64,000 nucleotides of DNA from contig JBCBJQ010000007.1 of assembly GCA_038523235.1 (NCBI GenBank), forward strand, positions 32,001-96,000. The letters are read 5' to 3'. This DNA comes from Cyanobacteria bacterium J06626_4. GTDB lineage: Bacteria > Cyanobacteriota > Cyanobacteriia > Phormidesmidales > Phormidesmidaceae. The notes below the pieces were generated by a model. That model was not told the DNA's origin. It worked only from the letters and a program-made list of their open reading frames with translations, and made no database searches. A program made the translations under genes and the position numbers. Below are positions 18,391 through 29,625 of the stretch, one piece after another (positions within the stretch are counted from its first letter, which is position 1; each line of letters starts with the position of its first letter).

Positions 18391-19086
18391 AAATTAGAAG
18401 TGTCGTAGTTTATCGAGATTTAGGTGATTCAGCCACTCAACTCAGACGCACGGTCATTAGGCATCGGGCTTTGAACGTTGATCTCATTACCGCCTGGAAA
18501 ATGAGACGTCATCCTCATAAAACCATGATTAACCGGCGCAAAGAACTCGCAGCCATCTGAGAAATCAAGGCGAGTAGTGGCGGGTTTCCCTCTGTTCAGC
18601 GAGCTGAGCCGTTAAGGCAAATGGCCCACCACACTCGTCAATGGTCGGCTTTATTGAGAACCTCACCCGGTCAGTGGCAAAGAATCTTATCAGATCGGCG
18701 CTACGGGCCGGATGACCTCCAAGCGATAGGAATTATCTTGAGCCCCGTTTGGTTCACCATCGGCGATAGAGTCAGCGTTCTGCTCACGTCTAGCGAAACG
18801 GCAGTGCCCTCAGGTGCGCCTCCCGGTAGAGTCAGCAGTGCGATTAAACATGTGAGCTGATTTCCCTGACGCGCAGTCGCTCCAAGAAAGATTAAGAGGC
18901 CTTCCTAAACATGAATTTCGAGTAGGCTGGGTCAGCCCCCCGACAATCGCTTAAAGCACCCAACGAGAGAGGCATCTGTCCCACCGCTCTCAATTAGACC
19001 CCCGGGCCTCATGGCGAGGGCTGCGCCGGCATCACGGGCCATTTCCCTGAAAAGCCATCTAAGAAAAGTCAGCAAGATGCGTGGCG

Positions 19087-19503
19087 TCAAGCCTGCTCTT
19101 GATTGGGAAAGAACCCTAATTCAATTAAGGCTTTGCAGAGTTGCGACTTGGAAGGGGCCGACTTCGGGGCGGTTAGTCCCATCTCTCGGGCAGTTTCGAA
19201 CAGTTCTCGGACGAGCGTATTAAGCGTGTAGGGTTCGCCTTCAATCGGACTTGTTTCGAAGCGTCCTTCATAGGCCAGCGTGTACAGCTCTAGATGATGC
19301 ATGCCCATGACTCGAGCTAATTTCCTCAGGGTTTCTGGCGTCGGACAGGTGCCTTTTAGGCAAGCACCTCTAAGCCGGGGCTGAGCAACCCCTGACAGAT
19401 CAGCCAGACGGTTCATACTGAGTCCTTCAGCATCGAGATACTTAAGGAGCATCCGCCCCAAGGGCGAGCAATCTTCGGGGGTGATTTGAAGCCTCGGGGG
19501 CAT
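19087..19503 (-). CDS. XRE-family helix-turn-helix regulator
   Basis: 'GLSMNRLADLSGVAQPRL...PTPETLRKLARVMG' HTH_3-like pattern. Confidence 0.8.
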   Translation of the reverse strand: MPPRLQITPEDCSPLGRMLLKYLDAEGLSMNRLADLSGVAQPRLRGACLKGTCPTPETLRKLARVMGMHHLELYTLAYEGRFETSPIEGEPYTLNTLVRELFETAREMGLTAPKSAPSKSQLCKALIELGFFPNQEQA

Positions 19504-19944
19504 CTTGCTAACAAAAGTTAAATTAATAAAAGATGACTTAAAAGAAAGTCGTCGCTAGGATAGCAATCTCAGGCAAGGCATTGCAGCCCTTCACAGGTTT
19601 GCTCAAATTTTGGCACCGTTGGCCAAGTCTCTTAAATTGCACCCTACGCAGGATAAAAGGCGTAACCTGTCTGGCCCTTAACCATTAACACTACAGGGAT
19701 TGTTAGCTGATGTTTACACCTGTAAGGAAACTCTAACAATCATGGCAGCGATCGCTCTGAGACCGCTCTTGTGCTAGCTGTCTGTCCTTGAGTTCCTGAC
19801 CTTGGCTGGCTTGATCGATGGTCATGGTCGAGCCACTACAGGGAGCCCAGAATCGGTTAGAGTGAGGGCCTAGACGACGTCTCTAAAAGTCGTTTAGTGG
19901 CACCAAGATTGCCCTCGTTAAAATTTTAAATTGGCAGAAAAAGT

Positions 19945-20097
19945 ATGGATGAATTGCACGTATTAATCCGCCAACAGGCCAGCTATTCAGACCTGGTTGA
20001 TTGGATTCGCGAAAAAGAAGACTGTCAATATTTGACTGCCTGTGCCAAGCTCAATGCTGAATTAAAGCGATATCGCTTAAAATATTTGGCCTCTTAA
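19945..20097 (+). CDS. Unlisted small ORF (50 aa), divergent from the XRE regulator
   Basis: MDELHVLIRQQASYSDLVDWIREKEDCQYLTACAKLNAELKRYRLKYLAS; amphipathic helical pattern; below the ORF-track cutoff. Confidence 0.55.
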   Translation: MDELHVLIRQQASYSDLVDWIREKEDCQYLTACAKLNAELKRYRLKYLAS

Positions 20098-21443
20098 CGC
20101 CCGTCATCACCTCACTGCCCAATTACGTTGAGACGAGATTTGATGGCGATCGCAGCTAATCCCGTTGATCACGTCACTTGGTTTTGGTGGCCGTGCGGTA
20201 CCAGCATTTCAATGGGCTGTCTGCCCTGCATCGCCTTAGCCATCCAGGGGCTAGCAATCTCAAATCGATGGCCTGAGGATCTGCTATTCGCTGCTCACAA
20301 TTTGCCCGATTCGGCGATTCATCAAGCGTCATACCGAATTCTCTGTTACCGTTCTGCTCGTCGGCTGTGGCCCCGACACCGCAACCCGATAGGAAGCCAT
20401 CTGGAGGGTGTTTGCCCATCATCTCCAGGAGCAATACATGTTAGTGGCCAAGCAGGGGGACTCGAGAGATTTATCAAAAAACCTGACGGGTGCAGTTGGC
20501 CATCTAAGGCGACTTCAGCGATGACTGCATCGCGGCGATCAGCGGTGAGAGGAGCCAACCGGGCAGAGCATCGTCTGAATTCTCAGCCCTCCGATCTCAA
20601 TACTCCGACGGCCAGGCAATTTGGTCATGCCGGCGAGGAAGGAGCCGGGAAGCCCGATATATCATCCCGTTGCAGAACATCAATATCAGGGAAGCGGTGC
20701 TCGCAACAATAGGCGGGGGTGTGATCGCAGCGAGAGCCCGGGAATTTCTACCAATGCCCAGACCCAGCGATATCGTACCGATCAGCCCTTCAATTTGTCC
20801 TGAAAGTGAGGAGGTTGTGTGGCCATTCTGAGGGCATAAACCGAAGCAACCTACCAACGATGACTCATTATCGAAAGCTTTGAATGCATTTGCCAGACGG
20901 CTAGAAGGCATGCTCACGTATACGGATAAATGTTCATACCCGCCTCACTTTTCCCGGGGATAATTTAACATCTGGATAAGACTATCATTCACCCAGATTC
21001 AAACTAAACGGATAGAATTCCACGAAATATGTAATCAATAGAAAAATTGATTTTGGATATAGATTTTCATAAATGAATTGCAGTGAAAAGTCGCATCAGC
21101 AATGGCAGGCTGGCCCAGCACGAGTTTTCTAAGGAGGTCGAGTCAGGGCCGAGGACTCAGAACATCGCTAGGCCAGCATAGGCTTTGAGCAATGGTTTGA
21201 ATAAGAATGTTCGTTTTTGGCGACAGAAACTTAAGTGATTATTAATTTTTGAAGCGTTTAAAGTGTGGGTTTGGAATTAAGTTCCAATCACTGAAAATTA
21301 ATGAATTGCCGACATTGTTGGTCAAATGTAGCTTCCATAACCAAAATTTAAATACATCCGTTTAGGGTCTACCTTATGAACGTGACCTTGGCCGCTTAGA
21401 GAGGCCTTGTTTTCAGAGCTATTTTTTTTGGAGCTTTAGCACC

Positions 21444-23864
21444 ATGGTAACTGCGTCTTTTCCTCAGACAAAGCCCTTGTCAGATGAAGACTTGCGAAAA
21501 ATCGATGCCTATTGGCGGGCCTGCCACTATTTGGCCGTAGGCATGATTTATCTGAGGGACAACCCCTTGTTGAAAGAGCCCCTCAAGCCTGAGCACGTCA
21601 AGCACCGCTTGCTGGGTCACTGGGGCGCGTCGCCGGCTCTAAGCTTCACCTATCTGCACTGCAACCGCCTGATCAAGAAGTATGACCTCAACATGATCTT
21701 CATGGCGGGACCCGGTCACGGGGCGCCAGGGGTGCTCGGGCCGGTATATCTCGAAGGCACCTACTCAGAGTTTTATCCCGACAAAACGTTTGATGAGCCA
21801 GGGATGCAGAAGTTTTTCAAGCAGTTCTCCTTTCCCGGTCACATTGGCAGCCACGTCACCCCCGAGACACCGGGGTCGATTCATGAGGGGGGCGAATTGG
21901 GCTACAGCGTTTCCCATGCCTATGGGGCGGTACTTGATAATCCCGACCTGATTGTCACCTGTGTCGTAGGTGACGGCGAATCGGAAACCGGGCCACTGGC
22001 GACGGCTTGGCACTCGAACAAGTTCATTAACCCAATTCGTGATGGGGCGGTGCTGCCGGTTCTCAACCTCAACGGCTATAAGATTGCCAACCCGACGATT
22101 TTGGCCCGCATCTCCCACGAGGAGCTGGAGTTTCTCTTCCGGGGGTATGGCTACACGCCTTATTTTGTCGAGGGTCGCGACCCAGCTGAGATGCACCAGA
22201 AGATGGCTGCCACAATGGAGCTGTGTGTTAACGACATTCGCGCCATTCAGCAAGAATGTCGCAACAGCGGCAATGCGGAGCGCCCGCGCTGGCCGCTGAT
22301 CGTTCTCAGAACGCCCAAAGGCTGGACGGGGCCACAGGAAGTCGATGGTCATAAAGTGGAAGACTTTTGGCGAGCGCACCAGGTACCCATGGGCGGCATG
22401 CACAGCAACCCTGAGCATTTGCGTCGCCTCGAAGAGTGGATGAAGAGCTATCGTCCCGAAGAATTCTTCGATGACAATGGCGTGCTACTGCCAGAACTGC
22501 AGGAGCTGTCACCGGTGGGTGATCGCCGCATGAGCGCTAACCCCAACGCCAACGGGGGACTGGTGCGGCGCGAGCTGAAGCTGCCAGACTTTCGAGACTA
22601 TGAGATCGAGATTCCGGAGCACGGCACCGTCGAGTTTGAAAACACCAAGGTGCTGGGCTATTTGATGCGCGATATTATGCGCGACAACCTCGATAACTTC
22701 CGCCTGATGGGGCCTGATGAGACGGCCTCCAACCGGTTGAGCGCGGTGTATGAAGTCACCAAAAAAGTTTGGATGGCCGACATGTACCCCGAAGACTTAG
22801 ACGGCAGCGAATTAGCTCGCGATGGCCGCGTCATGGAGATGCTGAGTGAACATACGCTGCAGGGCTGGCTCGAGGGCTATCTGCTAACGGGCCGCCATGG
22901 CCTGTTCCACACCTACGAGGCGTTTGTCCACGTGGTGGATTCCATGTTTAACCAGCATGCCAAGTGGCTTGATATTTGTAAGAACCATGTGCCCTGGCGG
23001 CGCTCGGTCTCTTCGCTCAATATCCTGCTGTCGTCGCTGGTCTGGCGACAAGACCACAACGGCTTTAGCCACCAAGATCCGGGCTATGTGGATTTGGTGA
23101 CCAACAAGAGTCCCGATGTGGTGCGGGTTTACTTTCCCCCCGATGCCAACTGCTTGCTGTCCGTCGCGGATCACTGCTTCCGCAGCGTGGACTATATCAA
23201 CGTCATCGTGTCGGACAAACAGAAGCACCTGCAGTATCTGACAATGGATGAGGCGGTGCAGCACTGTACGAAGGGCATTGGCATTTGGGATTGGGCTAGT
23301 AATGACGACTGCGGCACCGAGCCCGACATTCCCGATGTGGTGATGGCCTGCTGTGGCGACATTCCCACGATGGAGTCGCTGGCGGCAACGGCGATTCTGC
23401 GAGAAGAGTTCCCCTACTTGAAGGTGCGCTTTGTCAATGTGGTCGATCTCTTCACCCTGGTGTCGGAGACTGAGCATCCTCACGGTTTGAGCGATCGCGA
23501 CTTCAACTCGCTGTTTACAACCGACAAGCCCATCATGTTCAACTTCCACGGCTATCCCTGGCTGATTCACAAGCTGGTGTATCGCCGCAAGAATCAAGAA
23601 CGGATTCACGTGCGGGGCTATAAAGAGCAGGGCAATATCAACACCCCGCTAGAGCTGGCCATTCGCAACCAGGTGGATCGATTCAACCTGGTCATTGACG
23701 TGATCGACCGAGTGCCCAAGCTCGGTTCGGCGGCGGCCCATGTCAAAGAACGCATGAAAAACCAGATTATTAAATGCCTGGCCTATGCGTTTGAAGAAGG
23801 TACTGACATTGAGGAGATCACGAACTGGAAGTGGCCCTACTCAGGCAGCGACGGTTGTTCATAA
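21444..23864 (+). CDS. xfp: Xylulose-5-phosphate/fructose-6-phosphate phosphoketolase
   Basis: 'LLGHWG', 'GPGHG', '[12 protein letters not shown]', TPP motif 'GDGESETGP...N', '[10 protein letters not shown]', '[12 protein letters not shown]'. Confidence 0.97.
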   Translation: MVTASFPQTKPLSDEDLRKIDAYWRACHYLAVGMIYLRDNPLLKEPLKPEHVKHRLLGHWGASPALSFTYLHCNRLIKKYDLNMIFMAGPGHGAPGVLGPVYLEGTYSEFYPDKTFDEPGMQKFFKQFSFPGHIGSHVTPETPGSIHEGGELGYSVSHAYGAVLDNPDLIVTCVVGDGESETGPLATAWHSNKFINPIRDGAVLPVLNLNGYKIANPTILARISHEELEFLFRGYGYTPYFVEGRDPAEMHQKMAATMELCVNDIRAIQQECRNSGNAERPRWPLIVLRTPKGWTGPQEVDGHKVEDFWRAHQVPMGGMHSNPEHLRRLEEWMKSYRPEEFFDDNGVLLPELQELSPVGDRRMSANPNANGGLVRRELKLPDFRDYEIEIPEHGTVEFENTKVLGYLMRDIMRDNLDNFRLMGPDETASNRLSAVYEVTKKVWMADMYPEDLDGSELARDGRVMEMLSEHTLQGWLEGYLLTGRHGLFHTYEAFVHVVDSMFNQHAKWLDICKNHVPWRRSVSSLNILLSSLVWRQDHNGFSHQDPGYVDLVTNKSPDVVRVYFPPDANCLLSVADHCFRSVDYINVIVSDKQKHLQYLTMDEAVQHCTKGIGIWDWASNDDCGTEPDIPDVVMACCGDIPTMESLAATAILREEFPYLKVRFVNVVDLFTLVSETEHPHGLSDRDFNSLFTTDKPIMFNFHGYPWLIHKLVYRRKNQERIHVRGYKEQGNINTPLELAIRNQVDRFNLVIDVIDRVPKLGSAAAHVKERMKNQIIKCLAYAFEEGTDIEEITNWKWPYSGSDGCS

Positions 23865-23997
23865 TCAGCGCCGAGCTAAGCGCTCGGATGCGCTGTTTCT
23901 CTGAGAGCGGTTGCCCGTGACTGCCTCCACAGGTTGGGGCATGGCAGTGCCATGCCCCAACTGCCACTGGGGGATCATCGGATGGACCCAGGCCAAC

Positions 23998-24146
23998 GGC
24001 ATTGCTGAATCAAGGTCTGAATTGGCCAAAGCACCAGATTTGATGCGGCCCCCTAAGTCTCTCAATTTTGGGGACTTCAAAGATCGGCTCCCCTGAGAAT
24101 GGGGGATCTACAGGGACAACATCAGCTTTCTGCTCAGCAACGTGCC
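23998..24146. repeat. MITE-like envelope enclosing a CCCCTAAGTCTCTCAATTTTGGGGACTT-type small repeat
   Basis: GGCATTGCTGAATCAAGG ... TGCTCAGCAACGTGCC imperfect inverted ends. Confidence 0.5.
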
Positions 24147-24366
24147 CGACCACGCTCGCGGTCGTTGACGACGTCATTCAGGCGAAAAGCTGAGGTAACA
24201 GCGCATTGGCTGCGAGACTACAGCGAGGTCATGATCGCCCGCCGCTCTCGTCATCTTTCTAAAGGTGATTGAAAGATTAGAGGCGACACCGGTTGACTAC
24301 CCCTATGCTCAAGAGGTTTCTGAATCCGATCGATAGATTAATTGACATGCAAACAGGTTTGCCGCA

Positions 24367-25950
24367 ATGAATGCAATTGACCTCTGGCAAAAATATGAAG
24401 CGTGGCTTTATTACCACGAGGGCCTTGAGCTTTACGTCGATATCAGCCGTATCGGGTTTGACGAGGCTTTTGTTGAAACCCTAAAGCCCAAGTTTGACCA
24501 AGCCTTTACTGACATGGTGGCTCTTGAGCAGGGGGCGATCGCTAACCCTGACGAAGATCGCATGGTCGGCCACTATTGGCTGCGCGACCCGGAACTAGCT
24601 CCCAACGGCTTGGGCCAGGAAGTCACCACGGTACTCGACGATATTGAATCCTTTGTTGAAAAGGTCCATGCTGGGACGATTCAACCAGCAGAGGCGGACA
24701 AGTTTACCGACATTCTCTCAGTGGGCATTGGCGGCTCAGCCCTCGGCCCGGAGTTTGTGTCAGAGGCCCTAGCGCCGATCGCTCCCCCGCTCAATATTTA
24801 CTTTTTGGATAATACGGATCCCGCTGGCATTGACCATGTGTTAAATCAGTTGGGCGATCGCCTCAAGAGCACGCTGGTCATCATTACCAGCAAGTCGGGC
24901 GGCACCCCCGAAACTCGCAACGGCATGCTGGAAGTCAAGCACCGGTTTGAAGAACTGGGGCTCGATTTTCCCTCCCATGCGGTGGCCATCACGATGATTG
25001 GCAGCAAAATGGACGAGCTAGAGCGGATGGAGGGCTGGCTAGCAGAATTTCCCATGTTTGATTGGGTGGGGGGCCGCACCTCGGAAATGTCAGCCGTCGG
25101 GCTGCTGTCAGCCTCACTGTTGGGTATCGACATTCGCGCCATGCTGGCCGGGGCCAAAGAGATGGACGCGGCCACCCGCGTGCCGGAGTTGAAAAATAAT
25201 CCGGCGGCGCTGCTGGCTCTGGCCTGGTACTACGCCGGTAATGGCCAGGGTGAGAAAGACATGGTGATGCTGCCCTATAAAGACAGCCTGCTGCTGTTTT
25301 CGCGCTATCTGCAGCAGCTAGTGATGGAATCCCTCGGCAAGGAAAAAGACCTCGACGGTAACACCGTGTATCAGGGCATCGCCGTTTATGGCAACAAAGG
25401 CTCAACTGACCAGCACGCCTACGTGCAGCAGCTGCGAGAAGGGGTACCCAACTTTTTTGCCACCTTTATTGAAGTGCTTCAAGACCGCCAGGGCGACTCG
25501 ATTGAGGTCGAGCCTGACGCCACCTCGGGCGACTTTCTCTCCGGCTTTTTACAGGGCACCCGCGCGGCCCTATATGACAATCAGCGAGAATCCATCACGG
25601 TGACGATTAACGCCGTCACGCCGCACACGGTCGGGGCGTTGATTGCGCTCTACGAGCGGGCGGTGGGGCTGTATGCCTCGCTGGTCAATATCAATGCTTA
25701 TCACCAGCCAGGCGTCGAGGCGGGCAAGAAGGCGGCGGCCACCGTCATCGATCTGCAGCGGCGGGTGCTGACGGTGGTCAAAACTGTGACCGAGCCGCTG
25801 CCTTTATCGACAGTGGCGGCCAAGGCGGAGGCCGCTGATCAAATTGAAACGGTCTACAAAATTCTGCGCCACCTAGCGGCCAACGATCGCGGCATTACCC
25901 TGCAGGGCGATCGCCGCCGCCCTTCTAGTCTGATGATTTCTACCTGCTAA
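24367..25950 (+). CDS. pgi: Glucose-6-phosphate isomerase
   Basis: 'GIGGSALGP', 'SKSGGTPET', 'DWVGGRTS', '[10 protein letters not shown]', '[10 protein letters not shown]'. Confidence 0.97.
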   Translation: MNAIDLWQKYEAWLYYHEGLELYVDISRIGFDEAFVETLKPKFDQAFTDMVALEQGAIANPDEDRMVGHYWLRDPELAPNGLGQEVTTVLDDIESFVEKVHAGTIQPAEADKFTDILSVGIGGSALGPEFVSEALAPIAPPLNIYFLDNTDPAGIDHVLNQLGDRLKSTLVIITSKSGGTPETRNGMLEVKHRFEELGLDFPSHAVAITMIGSKMDELERMEGWLAEFPMFDWVGGRTSEMSAVGLLSASLLGIDIRAMLAGAKEMDAATRVPELKNNPAALLALAWYYAGNGQGEKDMVMLPYKDSLLLFSRYLQQLVMESLGKEKDLDGNTVYQGIAVYGNKGSTDQHAYVQQLREGVPNFFATFIEVLQDRQGDSIEVEPDATSGDFLSGFLQGTRAALYDNQRESITVTINAVTPHTVGALIALYERAVGLYASLVNINAYHQPGVEAGKKAAATVIDLQRRVLTVVKTVTEPLPLSTVAAKAEAADQIETVYKILRHLAANDRGITLQGDRRRPSSLMISTC

Positions 25951-26053
25951 GAATTACAGGAGTCTTAAGTTTTGCCCTTGAATCTCACAATTCAATCAAA
26001 ACTGAAGGCACCGCCCTCTGCCAGATGTTGCTCACGAAACAAGGATTTGCTCT

Positions 26054-28582
26054 ATGGTTACTGCTGATTCCCTGGTGAATTGCCCGATTACGATTGAAGA
26101 CGATCGCACCGGCCTCAGTGTCGAAACGCTGCGGCGCGCCTTTGCGGACCACCTCTATTTCATTCAAGGCAAGCTGCCCGAACTGGCCTCTAAAAATGAT
26201 TTTTATCTGGCGCTCGCCTTTGTGGTGCGCGATCGGCTAATGCCGCGGTGGCTCTACTCCCGGCGCAACTACCTGCAGCCCGAGACACGCATCGTTTCCT
26301 ATCTGTCGGCGGAATTTTTGCTGGGGCCCCACCTAGAGAACAATCTGATCAACTTGGGCGTGCAGAGTCAGGTGCGCCAAGCCATTGAGGAATCGGGCCT
26401 AGACTTTGATGAGCTCGTCGCCCAAGAAGAAGAACCCGGTTTAGGCAACGGCGGCTTGGGCCGCTTAGCCGCCTGCTATATGGATTCTCTTTCCAGTTTA
26501 GAAATCCCTGCGCTCGGGTACGGCATCCGCTATGAATTTGGTATTTTTGACCAGCAGATTCGCGATGGCTGGCAGGTCGAAATCACCGACAAGTGGCTGC
26601 AGTTTGGCAACCCCTGGGAAATTGCCCGCCCGTCGATGGCGGTCACCGTCAAGTTTGGCGGTCACACCGAAGCCTATACCGACAACCAAGGTCAGTACCG
26701 AGTGCGCTGGGTGCCTGACCAAATCGTCAAAGGCATTCCCTACGACACGCCGATTTCGGGCTATCAGGTCAACACGGTGAACACCCTGCGGTTGTGGAAG
26801 TCGGAAGCGCCAGAATCCTTTGATTTTCAGACTTTTAACGTGGGTGATTACTACGGCGCGGTCGACCAAAAAATCGTGTCAGAAAACATCAGCAAGGTAC
26901 TCTACCCCAACGATGAGCAAGTGCAAGGCAAAGAGCTGCGCCTGATGCAGCAGTTCTTCTTTGTCTCTTGCGCGCTGCAAGACATGATTCGCATTCACCT
27001 GCGCAGCGGTCGCCGGTTAGACACATTCCATGAAAAGTTCGCGGTGCAGCTCAACGACACTCACCCCGCAGTCGGGGTGGCTGAGCTCATGCGATTACTG
27101 GTCGATGAGCACCATATGGCTTGGGATCCCGCCTGGGAAATTACCCGCCAGACCTTTGCCTTTACAAACCATACGCTGCTGCCCGAGGCCCTAGAAAAGT
27201 GGTCGGTTGATCTGTTTGGCCGCATTCTGCCGCGCCATTTGGAAATTGTTTACGAAATCAACCGTCACTTCCTCGATCAAGTGCGGCTGCGGTTTATGGG
27301 CAATGAAGATCATCTCGCCAGCCTCTCACTAATTGACGAAAGCGGTGGTCGCTCGGTGCGCATGGCTAACTTGGCTTGTGTCGGCAGCTATTCGATCAAC
27401 GGGGTTGCCGCGCTGCACACTGAGCTGGTGAAATCCACCATTTTGAAGGATTTCTACCTGCTCTCACCAGAGAAGTTCAATAACAAAACGAACGGCGTCA
27501 CCCCCCGCCGCTGGATGGTGCAGAGCAATCCGCGCCTCGCCAATTTAATCTCGAGCAAGATTGGCGATAACTGGATCAAACATCTGGACGACCTGCGGGG
27601 CCTAGAAACGTTTGCTGATGATGCCGGCTTCCGTCATGAATGGCGGCAGATTAAGCTTTCCATCAAGCGTGATTTAGGCACTCACATTCGTCAGGCGACT
27701 GGCATTGTGGTGAATCCAGAATCGATGTTTGATGTGCAGGTCAAGCGGATTCACGAATATAAGCGGCAGCACCTCAACGTACTGCACATCATCACCCTCT
27801 ATAACCGCATCAAGGCGAATCCCAACCTCGACATCACGCCGCGCACCTTTATTTTTGGCGGCAAGGCGGCCCCCGGCTATGTGATGGCGAAGCTGATGAT
27901 TAAATTCATCACCTCAGTGGGCAGCGTGGTCAACAACGATCCCGACGTGCGCGATCGCCTCAAGGTGGTCTTTTTGCCCGACTACAACGTCACCTTTGGC
28001 CAGCGCGTGTATCCGGCGGCAGAGCTGTCTGAGCAGATTTCGACCGCGGGTAAAGAGGCTTCCGGCACCGGCAACATGAAATTTTCGATGAATGGGGCGC
28101 TGACCATTGGCACGCTCGATGGGGCCAACGTCGAGATTCGCGACGAGGTCGGGGCCGAAAACTTCTTCCTCTTTGGTCTGAAAACGGAGGAAGTGGCTAG
28201 CCTCAAGGCGCAGGGCTACAACCCCTACGATTACTACAGCAGCAATGAGGCCCTCAAGCAGGTGCTCGATTTGGTCGCATCGGGATACTTCTCCCACGGC
28301 GATACAGAGCTGTTCAAGCCACTGCTAGATAACCTGATGTATCAAGATCCCTTCCTGTTGCTGGCTGACTACCAGTCCTACATTGACTGTCAAGATCGGG
28401 TTAGCCAGGCCTATCAAGACCAAGACAATTGGACTCGTATGTCGATTTTGAATGCGGCGCGAACCGGTAAGTTTTCCAGCGATCGCTCTATTCGCGAATA
28501 CTGCGAAGACATCTGGAAGGTTAAGCCCCTACCGGTCACGATAGATGACTACGACCAGGCTAAAGCCGGGTTGAACCTGTAG
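26054..28582 (+). CDS. glgP: Glycogen phosphorylase
   Basis: 'GLGNGGLGRLAAC', 'QLNDTHP', 'VKRIHEYKRQ', PLP-lysine motif 'EASGTGNMKF'. Confidence 0.97.
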   Translation: MVTADSLVNCPITIEDDRTGLSVETLRRAFADHLYFIQGKLPELASKNDFYLALAFVVRDRLMPRWLYSRRNYLQPETRIVSYLSAEFLLGPHLENNLINLGVQSQVRQAIEESGLDFDELVAQEEEPGLGNGGLGRLAACYMDSLSSLEIPALGYGIRYEFGIFDQQIRDGWQVEITDKWLQFGNPWEIARPSMAVTVKFGGHTEAYTDNQGQYRVRWVPDQIVKGIPYDTPISGYQVNTVNTLRLWKSEAPESFDFQTFNVGDYYGAVDQKIVSENISKVLYPNDEQVQGKELRLMQQFFFVSCALQDMIRIHLRSGRRLDTFHEKFAVQLNDTHPAVGVAELMRLLVDEHHMAWDPAWEITRQTFAFTNHTLLPEALEKWSVDLFGRILPRHLEIVYEINRHFLDQVRLRFMGNEDHLASLSLIDESGGRSVRMANLACVGSYSINGVAALHTELVKSTILKDFYLLSPEKFNNKTNGVTPRRWMVQSNPRLANLISSKIGDNWIKHLDDLRGLETFADDAGFRHEWRQIKLSIKRDLGTHIRQATGIVVNPESMFDVQVKRIHEYKRQHLNVLHIITLYNRIKANPNLDITPRTFIFGGKAAPGYVMAKLMIKFITSVGSVVNNDPDVRDRLKVVFLPDYNVTFGQRVYPAAELSEQISTAGKEASGTGNMKFSMNGALTIGTLDGANVEIRDEVGAENFFLFGLKTEEVASLKAQGYNPYDYYSSNEALKQVLDLVASGYFSHGDTELFKPLLDNLMYQDPFLLLADYQSYIDCQDRVSQAYQDQDNWTRMSILNAARTGKFSSDRSIREYCEDIWKVKPLPVTIDDYDQAKAGLNL

Positions 28583-28607
28583 ATCCAATCATCACACTCC
28601 CTTCTTT

Positions 28608-28641
28608 AGCGTCTCGGGGCGATCGCCCCGAGACGCTTTTT
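28608..28641 (+). terminator. glgP terminator: perfect 30-bp palindrome centred on HIP1
   Basis: AGCGTCTCGGGGCGA|TCGCCCCGAGACGCT followed by TTTT. Confidence 0.85.
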
Positions 28642-28690
28642 CATGCGTCCGAGTCTTGGATCACCCGAGTGAACAGCAGTCACGGTGGCC

Positions 28691-28808
28691 TAATACCAAT
28701 TCGCTGAATTTAGACTACACATCCCAAAAAGTGTGTAGCCCCCTTCGACAAGGGGGCAGCGACAGCGGGGGATCGCCGACCGGTAGCGCTATTTTGCAGA
28801 ACTGATAC
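28691..28808 (-). mobile_element. 118-bp MITE-like element, copy 1
   Basis: Ends match those of 60134-60251 in opposite orientation; interior carries CCCCCTTCGACAAGGGGG and GCGGGGGATC repeats. Confidence 0.7.
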
Positions 28809-28820
28809 AACTCAACGCCT

Positions 28821-29525
28821 TCACGGCAGTAAATAGGGCAGCCACTGATCGACCACTGTCGGCGAACCATACCAGGCAATCCCCGGCTTAGGCGAATGGT
28901 AGACCTGCTCCAGCACAATATTGTTCGCCTTCGCCAAATGAGCCGCCGCAATGGGCGTAATGCCATCGCCCCAACAAGCCCCTGCGCCCGCCGTCAGTTT
29001 GTAGCTGTTGTAAGTAAACCAGGTGCGCCAGCGCTGCCCAAACACCGCTTTGCCCGCGACGCACACATACTTCACTTGGGGATGATAAGTGCCGGGATAG
29101 GTGTCATTCACAAAGTCCAGGTTGAGGCGAGTCCACCGCTCTTGGCTGATGTGCGGCGTGCCCAGCGTCAATAGCGTGTTGACCCGCTGATGCCCCGACC
29201 AAACATTGGGCCGATCGCGGTCTTTGGCATGCACGTCGTAGGGCCTGTCTCCCAAATAAATTCGCGCAATCCAGCCACCCGCCGAATGGCCAACCAGGTT
29301 GACTTGATCGCTGCCAGTAGCTGCCAGCGCTTGCTCGACGGTCTGGGCGATCGCCTGCAAAATCGGCTGCACCGAGCGCCCGCCAAAGGTGGGCAACCAG
29401 CTGGCCTGGGTCAACGGCACCGTTTTTGCCCAAACGCCTCGCGCCTGCAAGTCGGCCTCTAACCCTCGGTAGGGGCCAGCTCCCGCAAGATATCCCGGAA
29501 TAATCACCGTCGGCGACGTCATCAA
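28821..29525 (-). CDS. Alpha/beta hydrolase (PGAP1-like lipase/esterase)
   Basis: GHSAGG nucleophile elbow, 'LTLGTPH', 'GDGITP', 'VYHSP'. Confidence 0.9.
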   Translation of the reverse strand: MMTSPTVIIPGYLAGAGPYRGLEADLQARGVWAKTVPLTQASWLPTFGGRSVQPILQAIAQTVEQALAATGSDQVNLVGHSAGGWIARIYLGDRPYDVHAKDRDRPNVWSGHQRVNTLLTLGTPHISQERWTRLNLDFVNDTYPGTYHPQVKYVCVAGKAVFGQRWRTWFTYNSYKLTAGAGACWGDGITPIAAAHLAKANNIVLEQVYHSPKPGIAWYGSPTVVDQWLPYLLP

Positions 29526-29625
29526 TCATGCTCAAAATAGCTGCTCCCTTATTATTGGTGGGGTAGGTGCCTTTCTCGCAATGCCAGCAAGCCGAGCACT
29601 GGCGATAACACTCCGACACCAGGGA

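Noticed and set aside
20621..20803. PatS/PatX-like peptide ('YQGSGAR', 'RRGCDR')
   Set aside because: No RGSGR pentapeptide, no signal peptide and no DIF1 motif upstream.
21765..23609. Long antisense ORFs inside xfp (and similarly in glgP, amidohydrolase, TPR, topA, ribBA)
   Set aside because: Typical antisense shadows from codon bias in well-supported genes.
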